Shown here: piece after piece, positions 1 to 14,429 of the stretch | Layout of the letters: each line of letters starts with the position of its first letter | Numbering within the stretch: the first letter of the stretch is position 1 | Source: Octopus vulgaris | Taxonomy: Eukaryota | Direction: 5' to 3' | Length of the DNA stretch: 64,000 nucleotides | NCBI GenBank assembly: GCA_951406725.2 | Contig: OX597821.1 | Span: forward strand, 25,482,001 to 25,546,000 | Notes under the pieces: generated by a model | Told to the model about the DNA's origin: nothing | The model's database searches: none | What the model saw: only the letters and a program-made list of their open reading frames with translations | Position numbers and translations under genes: made by a program

Positions 1-2526
1 CGGCTGAAACTGGCTCTCGCTCTTTAGTACAAATGTCTTGTTTTCATGAGTTTTGAATTCAAATCTTCCACCAAACCTTAGTCACAATTTATGTTCAAAA
101 AAATAGCTTAATGATAACTAAGTTATTTTACTAAATTTTTTGTTATATTTAAAATAATTGAAAGAAACACAGAGCATCTCAAAATAAATACAGTAATGAA
201 AGGGTTTAACGCCTTCTCACTACTAAACTGCCTTTGTAACAAGGAATGGCATCGGGTCTGTCCATATTGAACAACATCCTTAACCACTACTCCTCTTTGC
301 TACTAGCCATCATTTACTCTGCTCTACATCACTCTTTCATTACATCTACTACTTACATTCGCTTAACACTCTCCATATCTGCTGCTATCCACCACCCCCT
401 TCTTACCATGTTATGCATCAATACTCTCCCTCTCGCTCTCTCTGTCACATTACTACCATTTCTGTCTCTATATAGTGTCATGTGCAACTCTCAATCACAC
501 ACACATGACTCCCTCTTGGCTCACCATTCATTCCCACTATTCATTCCCCACTTCCTCCATCATGCTTCTCCAGTTGTCTTTCTATTTCAGCCTCTTGCCA
601 ACAACCAGTGTGTAGCTGCTGTTACTGCCCTCCTTTTCCTGCTCCCATCAATAGGTTTCTCGCATCATGCTCTCTCACACTGGTTCTCTCTGACATCACC
701 TTGTTGCGCATTAATCCTCTCAGTCACATTTTCTTGATCACATGGAATTGTAATGAGTGTGTGTGGGGGGGGTAGAACCCTGTGCACTTGAAAAGTACAT
801 TCTTTAGCGGTTTCAGTTGAAGACATCTACACAGACCAACCCATAGCCTAGCCTACAACTCTCAAGAAACAACTAACTGTTCAGAGGGGAATCCATACGA
901 ATCAAACACTACGATCTATAAAGCCAAACCGATTGTGATCCCAAGAAAGTGCATAGGCTGAACAGTCAGTGACTTTGAAATAAGATTTACAAAGCACATG
1001 CATATCTATTGATGCTGGAGAGTTGAAAACTCTACATCCCTATCCTTCTTCATCAGCAGACAGAGGGATCAAGGAAATGACTTTGCCAATATCACGGGGG
1101 GCATCCTTACTCACCTGGAGCTTGTAATTGTTACTGCTGCCTTCATGAAAATCTGCATACACTCCAACAGCCTGCAGTATCCATCAACAGGGAAACTGAC
1201 CTACCAGTTTGTTGCCGTTAAGGAAACACCATGTTAATTAATTAACTTCAAACCGTTGGCCACTAACACCGCAGAAAGACTACCTTAGTGCTATGTGGCC
1301 CATAGACCAAAAACAAAAATTTTTTTTTTAAAAATAAACAACACCTGTGTGCTCATACTGAGGTAGCACTGACCACCAAAATTACCTACCATTGCTAACA
1401 CCAAGCAACAACAGCCGTCAAAACATACCAACAGGTAACTTGGCATAGCCAGACAGTTGACCAAGTAACAACGAACAGTGGCAGGTATATGTTTTCAACT
1501 GCTCTTGAGGACCTATCCACTTTAGATGTGGAAAACTAGCTGGTACAACTTGACTGTCAGTTTTCACACATGGAACAACATATAACATTTGCTATTGCTA
1601 ACCTGACACGTTGAAATACCTAAACAGAACCAACCAATATAGGCACCCATATATTCTCACCTGGAAGCCATCCTTTTCTCTCTTCATCACTGATCTGAAA
1701 GCAACTGACTAAGGCTTATGAATTGAAACTTCAAATAATGAAGGACTGAGTCAACTTTCTAAAACACACACACACACACACACATATTTATTTCACTTCA
1801 ATAACACGTTAGGTGCTTCCCAACCCCTTTCACATGTAAAACATGACACATATGTTCCTAAATGGAACAAATTGGTGAAATTAGATGAGATACAATGATC
1901 AATACACACACAACATAGCATATATACACCTATACACACACATATATAATCACCATTTTAACGTCTGCATTTTCATACTGGGGTCAGGCAGAATTCATTG
2001 AGGCAAACTTTCTATGGCCAAATGACTAGCCTGTTACCAACCCTCACTTTCAAAAAAGCATATTTCACCTTGGTCAGAGGTGTTGCTCCTGGAAGACTGG
2101 AAATGACCAACATTGCTTTAATGATAGTGACACTCATTTACAACAATCCTCGTCGATAAACGACAGATGAGGATTTATAGTGATCACATACACTCACTCC
2201 CTCCATCAAATCAATATTGCTTGTACAGGTGCTCATGTGCACCATGTGTCAGATGTCAGAGACAATTGCAGAGCGACATGAAATGAAATGTTTTTACCAA
2301 GAACACAATGCACTGCCTGGTCATATGTATATACTCACCTGCATGCACACACGCAAACACACACAACTGTGCTTGGTTTTCAGAATCTGTGTACTAAGTG
2401 CCTTGTCATAAGAGGTAACTAAAAAGGCTACCTTAAAAGCACCCATCTAACCCATGCCAGCATGGAAAGGCAAATTTATAAAATGATGATGCATGTGTGC
2501 ATATGTAAATATATATATACATAAAA

Positions 2527-2563
<37 letters not shown>

Positions 2564-3626
2564 TATACATAAACACATGCACATGTTTATACTAATAATA
2601 CACACACACACACACATCTATGTAACCACGAACATATATAAAATATATATGTCACTACACACACACATGCATTTGTACATTTGTTGGTATAAAAACTTCA
2701 TGTAGTAATTCATACATATACATATAACAAAACAGTTAACTCTAGAAATATCCCCTTCAAACATGTACTCATGGTTCTGTGTTATTGTGTGTATACTGAT
2801 TTATGTAATGTGGATCTGGTTATTGAGTTCTAATCAGGGATTTATTTAAATGTTCTTAGAAAGACAGCCCAGTCCATAAATATTTATATTAAAAGAATAA
2901 AAAAAAAATACCCTAGAGTCAATTTACTATACTGATAGTTGTAATGGCAACAAATTATTTTAACATATCATAATGATAAAAATAATTAGAAAACATTCAA
3001 TTAAGGGGAGATATTATTATATATAGTGTAGATGAAAGATGAGTGAAAGAACATGAAGACCTTAAGGGGTTAGGAGAGATGATAAGCAGATTGCTAATAC
3101 TGGTTTGTTAGCCTAGAGTGAGAGATGGTTTATTAGAGATGACAGACAGTCTACTGGTGAGCAACGTGATTGCAAAAGCAGAACTAACTACAAGCAGCCA
3201 GATGGAGCAACTACAGAAAGAACAACAAGAAATTATAGTAATAATAACAATAATAATAACAACAACAACAACAACAACTGGTAAATTAAATGAAAATTAA
3301 AAAGACAGAAGAAATAAGACAGACATGGCAGAAATAAACAAAGAAAGCGGCAGATTGCATACAAAAAAACTCAAATGTTAAAATTACAACAGGCTGTAAT
3401 AGCAATTAACACATGTACAGTTTACACACACACACACACATTTATATGCGTCAACACATACACACACATTTATATGCGTAAACACACACACACACACATG
3501 TACACACAATCCATAAGATCTGCTTTGTTGGACACATATCTTAACCTTCAGACTTCTTGCTTTGGAGTTCTTATTTCGAGTGGCTTGACAATGCTCCTCT
3601 GAACCTAGTGACTCAGTGGAAATATG

Positions 3627-3658
<32 letters not shown>

Positions 3659-3659
<1 letters not shown>

Positions 3660-3987
3660 GGCATCTTGGGCAAGTGTCTTCTGCTATAGCCCCGGGCTGA
3701 CCAATGCCTTGTGAGTGGATTCGGTAGACGGAAACTGAAAGAAGTCTGTCGTATATATGTATATATATGTGTGTGTGTGTGTCTGTGTTTGTCCCTCTAG
3801 CATTGCTTGACAACCGATGCTGGTGTGTTTACGTCCCCGTCACTTAGCGGTTCGGCAAAAGAGACCGATAGAATAAGTACTGGGCTTACAAAGAATAAGT
3901 CCTGGGGTCGAGTTGCTCGACTAAAGGCGGTGCTCCAGCATGGCCGCAGTCAAATGACTGAAACAAGTAAAAGAGTAAAGAGAGAGT
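3659..3987 (+). mobile_element. SINE family A, 5'-truncated
   Basis: Near-identical to 58673-59020; starts directly after a (CA)n(TA)n tract. Confidence 0.9.
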
Positions 3988-6100
3988 ATATATAATATGC
4001 ATACATACTCATCATAAAAGCACAGATGATGAATGTGCAGTTAAGAAGTTTACTTCAAAACCATGTGACCTCAGGTTCAGTCCTACCATGGACTAGTGTC
4101 TTGTTCAACAAAAACAACAAACAAACCACTGCCTTATACACACACACACACATATACAGATATATATATGCGCACACACACACATATATACAAATGTAAA
4201 TCTGTGTGAGTGTGTCAATGTATGTATGTTTATATAACAAACTGAAAACCATGAAATAGTACCGGATTGCCAAAAACTCTAGGGACTAAATAACCACTGA
4301 ACTTGAAGGTGGTGCTATGATATAGCTGCTGTATAGCAAGGTAGGAAAAGGATAGGTTGAGCGGGTAAGCCTGTACATACTTCGGAAAGACGAACATCCC
4401 TGCCATACATAATAAAAGAACTGCCTGGTGGTACTGACCGCTCATGGAGTCGAGGACTAAGACAAGGAGCACCAAAACAAACCACATGGCAACATTGAAG
4501 ACAATGTTCTGCTTGGGTTACACTGCATCCTTCAGCTAGACTTTGTAGGGACAACAATTAATACCCACCTTGAACTGTTCAATGCCTTTTCCCCAAGACG
4601 GTGTCTATAGTAACTTGCAAAAGCTAGCAACAGAACAAAAATTGAAAACAACTCTTGCAAGTAGCCTTTGCGATTAGACAGCTATAAAAACAGCTAGGAT
4701 AAGTAACAGCAGTGGATAGACTTATTTCATATATGTTTATGTGTATACATGCACAAACATATACTTACACATATACATGTTATATACATGTATGTTACAT
4801 GTACATGAACACTATTTATTTGTGTATATGTATGTACACACACATACACATATATATGTGTGTGTGTGTGTACACAGACACATTTGAGTGCAAATGTTTA
4901 TGATGGATGCTGGCGTGGCTATGTGGTTACAGGTTACTGTGTGGAACCTTGGTCAAGTGCGTTCTATAGCCCCAGGTAAGTCAATTTTGTAGATGAAAAT
5001 TGAAGTTAATGTACAGGTGCATGATGTGCCACAGGTCAGGTGATGAAATGATTGCAGAGCAACGTGAAATGAAGTAGTTTGCTCAAGAACACAACACAAC
5101 GCTCAGTCTGGGAATCGAAACCATGATCTCGCAAGTGTGGGTGCAAACCCCTAACCACTAAGCCATATGCCTTCACATACACACATATGTAAGCAAGTGT
5201 TTGTATAACTTTTTGTCTTGATATTGTGTAATAGCGGTAAACAAGTGTCACCATCATAAAAATGGTACCTTCAATTAAAATAAGGGTGAGCTATTTACCT
5301 TACTTGGAAACAAATGAGGGTTGGCAACAGGAAGGAGGGCATTCAACCACAGAAATCCTATCTAACCCATGTGTTAAAATAGTGATATATAATAAACACA
5401 CATATATGTAATACACATACACACATGAGTAAGTGTATTTTAAAAAACCCACAGAGAACCACAATGTAGGCTATAGTACTCAATTACATATGGTAGAGCG
5501 AACTGAGATATTTGTTCATTCATATGCCATCATCTGAATAAACAAATATATCTCATGTTATCTATGTGTAATATAAATATATATGTGATGTAAAGATGTA
5601 TATTTATATATGATGAAAACATATGTAAAATTATACACACACACACACACACACACCTAGACGCAGGTGGAGCTGAATAGTTAAGTTCATTTTACAGCCA
5701 AGAGGTCTTGGGTTTGATCCCACTTCATGGCACTATGGTTAGTACTACTACTACTATTACTATAGCTGGAAACCAAGCAGAAATTCATTGGATGGATTGT
5801 ACCTTTAATTCAAAAGTCCAACTATGTCACACTAATTTCACTTGAGAATTACATTAAGAGTATGTCTGTGGAATACACAGCCACTTTTTACACTAATTTG
5901 ATATATAGCTCGTCCACTTAATTGAACAAATGTATTAGACATGTTCATACTTGACCCACAAACATTCACACTGACACACAAGCCGCTTCTCACACACACA
6001 TATGCACTCATGCACACGTCCACACTCACACACACAGAAACAAAAACTATCACATTAGGAGGAGGAGGTGTAGGAGGAGGAGGAGTTGGTGGATACTCAC

Positions 6101-6163
6101 TTGGTTCTGTCCCATCATGGGAGTGTGAGGCTGCGGGTGGGGGGACGGCTGTGATGCTGGCGG
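6101..6163 (-). CDS. SSBP3: SSBP/Ssdp 63-nt exon, PPASQPSPHPQPHTPMMGQNQ
   Basis: cttcctccccttccacAG|CCGCCA...AACCAA|GTGAGT, 21 codons, phase 0. Matches human SSBP3 GPPGSQPSPHAQPPPHNPSSMMGPHSQ (from memory). Confidence 0.9.
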
Positions 6164-6814
6164 CTGTGGAAGGGGAGGAAGCATTTGATTGTGATGAAGA
6201 TGGTGATGCCACAATGATACAAAACCAATGATAAAAGCAGCAACTACACTAGTAGAGAATTACTGTCTTTAACAACTAAATTCTATCATTTATTTCTGAT
6301 ACCTACAACAGGAACAATAAACAACAGCAACTAAAAATCACTGTTGTTAATTAGTTTTAACCTCAACAAGCTAACTTATACACATCATTAACGTTATTAA
6401 TTATTATTATGATTAATATTATTGTTATTATTATTATTATTATTATTATCATTATTATTATTACAAAGAGTTGCATTTAGAATATTTTATTTAAATTGGA
6501 TTATTTATAAAGGACATCACATTAAAGCTAAAATATTTACAGCGTAAAACATTATTTATATGTAGTTAACACGTCCTAATACGTCTTGTCACAGTTGAAA
6601 CTATCTACAGGCACTGAATGGATGGTTGCGTGTGCTCATAGTGGCAACTTGCTCAGCAGTTTAATTACTATGCACCATGGCTCATATAGACAGAACATCA
6701 AACATCAACAGAAATAAAAGAATAAACAACATCAAAAGGTAAAAAATAACACACAAAAAGATAGCAAAATTTGGAATCTACAATAATAATAATAATAATA
6801 AAAATAATAACAAT

Positions 6815-7005
6815 CTTTCTAATTTTGACACAAGGCCAACTATTTTGAAAAGAAGGAACAAGTCGATTCAATCAATCCCTGTACTACACTGTTACTTATT
6901 TTATCGACCCCAAGAGGATGAAAGGTAAAGTTGACCTCAATAGAATTTGAACCAGAAGAAATGCTGCTGAGCACTATGTCCAATGCTCAAACAATTCTGC
7001 CAGCT
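6815..7005 (-). mobile_element. SINE family B
   Basis: TTTTATCGACCCCAAGAGGATGAAAGGTAAAGTTGACC. Confidence 0.75.
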
Positions 7006-10000
7006 TAAAGAGGAATAATAATAATAACAATATTTTTTTTAGACATGACAACACTAATTTAAAAAGAGAGAAGAGTAAAGATGAATGAATCAACACCCAG
7101 CATGCTTTGAACTCAGAACATACAAGACCAAATACTATAAAACGATAGTCTTGTGTTTTTCTACTTCTGGTAATTCACAGCCATAAAAAATTAGTGATAA
7201 AGTTTTCATACATTGGTAGAGGACCCCAACAAAATTGTACAAGTGAGGTGCCATCCTGTTGACTTGCCCTTTGTGTGTGACCAGTACTTTTCATTTTTAT
7301 CAATTTTGAAAGGACAATAGTTCAAATAATCAAGCAGAGGATATGATTTGCTACCCACTTAGGTATAAGTGGCCCTAGGACTCATAAAGGCCAAGTGTGA
7401 ACCCCAGTTTCCATAACATATAACTGACTGAGGTAACAACATTGACTCTTGAAATGGGATGCTGATCTGTAGCAGAATCAACTTCCCAGCTATAGCTGGA
7501 CCACATTTGCAACTGAGCGGACCGGAACAACATGAAATAAAGTGGTTTTGCTCAAGAATACAATGAATGGCTGGCCTAGGAATTGAATCCTCAATCTTTA
7601 CAATTGTGACAGCAACAACCCTAACAACTAGCCCACATGCATTCACATGATTTACAACAAATAAATAAATAAATAATAATATTTACATATAAATAAATAA
7701 CATGGTGAAATGAGAGTAAGTATTAAGAAGAACAATGAAATCTGATAATACAACAGTGGACAAAGACAAAACAGATGAGGATTAAGGAATGAGTAATCTT
7801 AATATTCGTAAGTCATTAATCAAAATTGTTTGGATAAACTACACTGGAATGAAATTAGAAATTCCTCATTTTGAAAGAACAAGATATAGAAATGTGCTCG
7901 AAAAATTTGTCACCAAAAATGGAGAAGATGAAATTTTTAAAATTTAGAACCAGTTTGTAGCTTTGCTGGATAGCAAGTAACAAGTTCATCAGGCAGAGAT
8001 TACAGAACAACACGGTCAGCCTGATAGAAATTACTGACCTGGAAATAATTTGTGTGTGTAATGACCCTAAAATTTACTTCTCTGAATACAATAAGAAACT
8101 GAATGTGCTAAGGTTAAAATCATCAATATTAGGTTGTTTTTTTGCCCCCACCACCACCACCACAACTCCCAATAAGTTTCCCTTCAGCTGTTGTGTATGA
8201 GAGAGAGAGAGAGGGAGAACCAACTTGCTGCAAGCTAAATCTATTTCAGTTCAATAAAATCATCAAATATCCATTAGCATTTTTTTAAAGGGAAAAAAAA
8301 AACCCTAACACTGTATAGGGAGGAGGTTTGATATTTCTGTTGTATGATGGGACTGAATGAGGTGTGAAAGACTTAGAGATTGGGAACCATTAAGTTTTTA
8401 CATGAATAAACATATTAAAAAAAGAGAGAAATGATAGCAAAACGCAAAAAAAGAAAAAAATTTTTAAAAAGTTATATTTGTCATTCCAGAGTCCCATCAT
8501 ATACAAAATGGTTGCTCTAGATCCACTTTTAAAAAGAAAAAAAAAATTTTTTTTTTTTAAATATCTACAAAACAAACCTAAATGAATACCTTGTTAATGA
8601 ATGAAGTCAGATGCTATATGATGACTGATGATTGATAAGATACCCTATGATTTGTGAAGAATCTGACCAAACAGAATTTCATTGCAAACGAAACTCCACA
8701 TGGAAAGTCTAAAAATGCTAGTTTATTGCAACTCAGTTTGAACTGATTAATGGTTTTAACATCAACAACATGACAGGTAAAACTGTCCTGGCGTGAATCC
8801 ATATGTGTACGTATGTGTATCTCTAATTATTCTTTGAGTAATACACAAAGTTTAAGGGAGAGGAAGATATTTTGTTTCAACAGATTTTATTTTTAAGTGA
8901 ATCATTAATATTCAAAGTTATAATAAAAATAAACAACCACTGCCAATTTGATCTCCACTAGATGTCAACCAATAGTTCAAACCCATGTGAAACTTAGAGA
9001 AAAGCTAATATTTATAGCTATTAGAAAAATTTCTTAAAATATTATGAATATGGTTTAAAACAGCAGCCACTAACTATGAATGTGTGGTTCAGTACACCAG
9101 TTTGTGATTGTGTGTGTGTGATAATGATATAATGAGAAGAGAATGTGTAGAAAAAGATTACAAGTGCAAGAAAATTGTTAAGATTTATAAATTTACTATA
9201 TTAATATTGCTAAAATAGGGGAAAGACATCAATTAAAGAAAAGAAACTGGGTCTCACCATCATCACCACCACCAAGTAAATTTAAAATTACTAAAAGATC
9301 TTTACATAAACAGGTGTTAGGAGATGTGGTTTTGAGAAGCCCCAATAAATTAAATTACCAAATTTATAGCAAGTGCTAATGTTAAAATGAATAAGTATTG
9401 CCAGTTAAATGCTTTATAAGTAGCCATTCAGTGAAAAATCTATGCTTTATCTCTTTAGTGGTTTTATGTGTATGTGAGGAAACAAAAATTCTTTTTTAAT
9501 AAATAACTGAAAATAAACTACTTAAACCTTTTGATTAATAACTTGCCTGAAACTGCCCCTGGTTCTATGGAACTTGTTAAAGTGATCTAAATTAAAACCT
9601 TTCATTAAAATTCCATGGTAGTTAATGTTCTAAACACCAACTTATTACAACAGAAGTTTGCTAATTAAAGGATTAAATAAAAATTCCATTAAAATAAAAA
9701 CAGTCTAATTTATGGCCTGTGTATGAGAAAAGGGAATACATTTTATACATTATAGATATTGGAATTGATACAGGTTATTCTTTATTTGTATGTGTCACCT
9801 CTACCATGAGTCCCTTCACCAAACTTAATCCTATTACATCTCATCCTCATCTAAACCAACACAACCATTATCATATGTTACTCACTCTCTCACTCCCAGA
9901 GCCCCAAACAGTACCATTCTGAAATTGCTTCCCTGAATGTAGACCTTCATTGCCCTACACTACTTGTCAGTGACCAGCAAAATTGCAAGCTGAACATTAA

Positions 10001-10189
10001 GACACCGAAAAAGGGCCTAGACAGGGAAAGGGTCATATCCCAAGAAACTCCCCCCCCCCCCTTTTTTTTAAACATAAAAAGGTACAACTGGCACTGGAGA
10101 TAATGAGTTAAATTTAACAAATTGAGGTAGATATTTAGTTAATTAAATGACATTTTTATCAAGAAAACCTGCTTACAATGTGGGTTAAA

Positions 10190-10595
10190 AAATAACTATA
10201 ATTGATGTAGGCTCAAAGTAGAACCATGATGTAAGCTAAGTATAAACCATAATGGAAGTTAATTATTACTGATTGAGACTGAAGCATGTTATTAAAGAGG
10301 TTACAGAATATAGTAAGCAAAATGTTGGCTAAGGTGTATAACTGATTCAGACCAAGCAGTTTAATGTTGGTTAAGGAGTATATTTATGATTCTGAGTATG
10401 ATATTAGTGGAAGAAATATGATATAGATTAAGGAGTATATAACCATGATGTAGGCTAGTTTGATGTACACTAAGAAATGAAAAAATAAAGTAGAGTAAGA
10501 AGTAACAATGATGTAAGAAAGGGAGTTACCTAAAATGTAAAATAATGAGTGTAAGTACGATGCTACTTAAGGAGGAAAACTAGGATGTTGGTTAT
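10190..10595. repeat. Degenerate minisatellite, unit about 25 bp, resuming at 11331-11400
   Basis: Recurrent TAAGGAGTATAAC(C/T)ATGATGT(A/T)GG-like units. Confidence 0.65.
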
Positions 10596-10601
10596 TGAAT
10601 G

Positions 10602-10857
10602 CAACTCTGCAAACTTTTTCACTATTAAAGGATCCTTTTTATCTTTCTCTTTAACCACGGATTTTTAAAAGCCTGAAAGCTGTGTAAGCTACTTTTATCA
10701 GCCAACAAATTTGTTTTCCTGGTTTGATTCCTCGCTTGAAAGGTATATGTAAATGAACAAATATAATTATAAATGCAAATACATTTTACAGTGCAATCTT
10801 TTAAAAGACTGAACACTGGACCCCCAAAGTATGTAGACCCCAGATTGGGAAGTACTG
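10602..10857. mobile_element. Decayed hAT-type MITE
   Basis: 3' end GGACCCCCAAAGTATGTAGACCCCAGATTGGGAAGTACTG resembles Charlie-like MITE ends; left end poorly defined. Confidence 0.4.
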
Positions 10858-11330
10858 ATATACTGGTCATCAAATCTAAGTAGAGATTTCAAACTTAAAA
10901 TCTTCAAATCCACAGTCGAACCAATTCTACTATATGGCTCAGAAACTTGGACGTTATCAACAAAGTTTGAGGGGCAGTTGGATGGAACCTACACTTGCCT
11001 CCTTATGAGGGCTCAAAATCTCTTGTGGAAGCGTCATCCAACCGAAGTACAAATATATGGGAAATTACCACCTGTATCATCTCTTGTGAAAGGTAGGAGA
11101 GTCCAGTTTGCTGGACATTGTTGTAGAGCTAAAAACGAGGTAGTTTCTACTCTTCTCCTCTGGAAGCCATCTGCTTGCGATACCAGAGGGCTCACACTCT
11201 CCTACCCTGATGTAATCTCCAGGGATACAGGCATCCAGCAACAGGACCTCCGTAATGCTATGATGGACCATGACGTCTGGCGTAACATAGTAAATTCCAT
11301 TGTCACGACCACGGTCGAACAATGATGGTG
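10858..11330 (+). mobile_element. RTE-clade-like LINE 3' fragment (5'-truncated)
   Basis: Reads ...KLKIFKSTVEPILLYGSETWTL...LDGTYTCLLMRAQ...RRVQFAGHC...; LLYGSETW and FAGH are motifs of the post-RT region of RTE-type ORFs; ends in a (TGA)-type tail. Confidence 0.85.
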
Positions 11331-11471
11331 AAGGAGTACAACTATGGCGTTGGTTAAGGAGCTGAGCTGTAGTAGAAATATGATGTGAACAAAACAATAG
11401 AGTGATGTATCCAGCTATGTCAAGAGTTATTCAATCCTTTGCATTATGAACTGTAATTCAAAACTCTATAC

Positions 11472-11690
11472 CAGTGCTTTTCAACCTTTTTGCTGGAGCG
11501 GAACCCCAAGAAAACATTTCACTGGCTCGAGGAACCCCTGTGCAATAATTTAATTGTCTTATGCACACATATCTGCACAGGAGAATTAAAAATTACTGTC
11601 GATTTTAGCATTTTTGTAACTTCTTGCGGAACCCCTGGACTGTACTGGCGGAACCTTAAGGTTCCGTGGAACCCTGGTTGAAAACCACTG
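11472..11690. mobile_element. hAT-type MITE (219 bp)
   Basis: 15-bp TIR CAGTGCTTTTCAACC / GGTTGAAAACCACTG (1 mismatch); perfect 8-bp TSD CTCTATAC at 11464-71 and 11691-98. Confidence 0.92.
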
Positions 11691-11781
11691 CTCTATACAC
11701 ACAGTTGGTGAGCCCCACTTTCACAAAATATTAAATTCAACCAAGTATAAGTTAACGTGGAGTACAAATTATATTGTTATA

Positions 11782-12000
11782 CAGTAATCCCTCGACTATT
11801 GTGGGTGTTACGTTCCAGAACCCCCTGCGATAGGTGAAAATCTGTGAAGTAGAAACAGTACTGTATATATTTTTTTAATCATTTTTATAATTTGTATATA
11901 TTTATTTTATTATAAATGCAAAACAACACCACAAAGGAATCGACGTAAGCTTAAATAACAAACTACAATAGGTAAACTGTGATATGGCGAGGGATTAATG
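11782..12000. mobile_element. pogo/Tigger-like MITE
   Basis: TIR CAGTAATCCCTCG / CGAGGGATTAATG; TA immediately to the left. Confidence 0.75.
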
Positions 12001-12474
12001 TGTATATATATATGCCTGAGTGATAAGCAGATATATATTTTAATATTCACATTTGTAAGGAATATGAAAAAGATATAACAGTCATGTCACTGTTACATCT
12101 TAAAAGCCAGCCATGACTATCCTGTCCTGTATTCAACCTAAGTGTGTCTAAGTCCACCTTGTATATATGTCTTCCTTTTTCAGATACTAGAGTGTCATTT
12201 GAGGGGAATTTGGATCTTTTTGCTAGCAAGTGATGTGATCACTATTGGTTCAAAGGACATTAAAATCAGGTTAGCAGTGAGAGTTGTTGTGATTTAAGAA
12301 CTAGGTAGCTTTAAATTTAGCAGATTTAACAAAGTTTACAAATATAGCACGTGTTTTCATTAAAAACACATAAAAACACACTGTAAATAATGTTTTTATT
12401 TTTATCGTAAATCCTCTCCAATTTTGTTTCTAGCATCAATATTATTATTATTATTATTATTATTGCCATTGACA

Positions 12475-13200
12475 GCAGTGGATGGACAAAATCAATAGAG
12501 CAACAAGTTACATTATTTTGTTCTCAGTTCATTTGTTCCCAAGATCAACTTTACTTCTCATTCTTCAGTGAAGTGGTAAGTCAATAAATTAAGACCTAGT
12601 GAAATACTAAGGTCAATTCGATCAACTATGCTCTTCTTGTACCTATATTAGAAATTATTATTATTTAGGTAGCAAAATACTTAACAGCAATTCTTCTAGA
12701 GCTTTATGCACTGAGTTCAAATCTCACTGAGGCTGATGTTTGCCTTTTATCCTTTCATGGTCCAATAAATTAAGTACTAGTGAAACACTGGGAGACAATG
12801 TGAGCAATTGCTCCCTTCTCCAAAATTTCAGGCCTTGTAACTTTAGTAGAAAGGATTATTATTATTATTATTATTGTTTGGAGTGGCAGAATCATTAAGG
12901 TGTTGGATGAAATGCCTTGCATTTTCCCCTCCAAAGTCAACTTTGCCTTTTCAACATTTTGGGGATCAATAAAAGTGTCAGTCAAGTATTGAGACTGATA
13001 TAACCAACTGACCCCTTTCTTCGTCTTAAATTCCAGCCATTCTACCAAAGTTAGAATCACAACAGACTTGTTAGAATGTTGGACAAAACATCATGCAGTG
13101 TTTGTCCCAGTTCTTAGCGGTCAATTTCGCCTTTCCACTGGTCAGGTAGTGTAATCCATTTTGTTTGATGAACCCCACCAAAAATTTGTGCCTATAATTT
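12475..13200 (+). mobile_element. Cluster of 3-4 head-to-tail decayed family B SINEs separated by (ATT)n
   Basis: Repeated ACTTTGCCTTT..ATAAA..AGTAC/AGT modules at about 12550, 12740, 12940 and 13125. Confidence 0.65.
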
Positions 13201-14429
13201 TTATGAGTGTCCAATATCTTGAAGTTAAATCATTCCTCCTTCCTACTATTTTCCATAATAGTTGCCTGCTGAAATTTCTCAATTAATCAAAGGTTGTTTT
13301 GTTTTTTGTTTTATTTCAATTTTTTTTTTAATTCATTTAAAACAGCCAAATTTATTGAACCTATTTTGTATGATTTAGTAATAGAGTATATGTTTATGAT
13401 TGAATATTGTCCAGTCGAAGTGGCCTGAAGACTGACAGTACATGACAAGAGACCACTGGAGCATCACCATAGGCTATTTCATTGGGCTAATTCTCTTTTA
13501 TTATTGAATATTGTTTTAGTGCACACATACAAGATGTATGTATGAGAGAGATAGAAAGAGATAGACAGACAGACAGACAGACAAACAAACAGAGACAGTA
13601 GAAGGTGAGTTCAGATCTTGATAGTGAGAAATTCATTCAGAGTATAGTACATCTTACTCAGCAATAATGTTTTATATAACCAATATAAAATGAATTATTA
13701 ATGGTTACTGTGACAAGTTAAGATGTGACTATCTCTACAAACGTCTACCAATAAATAATCTACTCAAGAAAGTCAAAAAAATATTGCACTGAATTAATAA
13801 TAAATATAAAACATCACTAAAGTTGGCTTAATACATGGAGTGATCCTCTCACCCTTTCAGTGTGAATGTCCAATCAGTCTAGGGATCTTTATACAGAAAT
13901 GCATGCAATAAAAGGAGGGAAAAACAAAATGGCAGAAAATTTTGTCACAGAACAAAGAGTTTCTAGAAAGACAAGGAGTAGGGTGGGCACACAGGGTAGA
14001 TTAAAATGGTAAAATGACTAAAATGATAAAAAAAAAGAAGAAAAAAAGTAGAGAAAATAATTTTTCAAATAAAAAATTTCAAACTAAAACCAATAATTGA
14101 AAAAACAAAAATAGTAATACTAAAGTAGCAAGTTACAGCTTATTAACAAATTAAAGAAAATTTCTTCTTTTGAATACATATTGTCAGTTCTAATGTTGAC
14201 ATAAAACTGAAGAGATCGTCAATGTTACGAGGATAATTCCAGACATACATACATATACATACATATATTTCTTCTCTCTCATATATACATACATACATAT
14301 TATATATATATATATATGTATGTATGATGTATATATAAATATACACACACAAAATAAAGAGAACTACTAAATTGGGCAGTAGGGACTATTTCTTCAGATT
14401 ATTTCTACCTTTATTCCTAAATATAATAA

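Noticed and set aside
246-737. 163-aa ORF
   Set aside because: Leu/Ser/His-rich product of a pyrimidine-rich tract with no recognisable motif; probably decayed retroelement-associated sequence.
1661-1694. ISDEERKGWLP resembling an SH3 GW.P motif
   Set aside because: Only 11 codons, no companion exons, and inconsistent with the SSBP host gene.
2493-5257. Multiple HTHT/CVCV/YIYI ORFs (also elsewhere in the window)
   Set aside because: Translations of (CA)n, (TG)n and (TA)n microsatellites and SINE bodies.
5838-6212. 124-aa minus-strand ORF overlapping the 63-nt exon
   Set aside because: Wrong frame; it reads through splice sites into CCT and TG repeats. The SSBP-matching frame is different.
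13411-13460. CTGAAGA inside a CCAGT/ACTGG hairpin
   Set aside because: Lacks the GAAA and NUH elements of a hammerhead.
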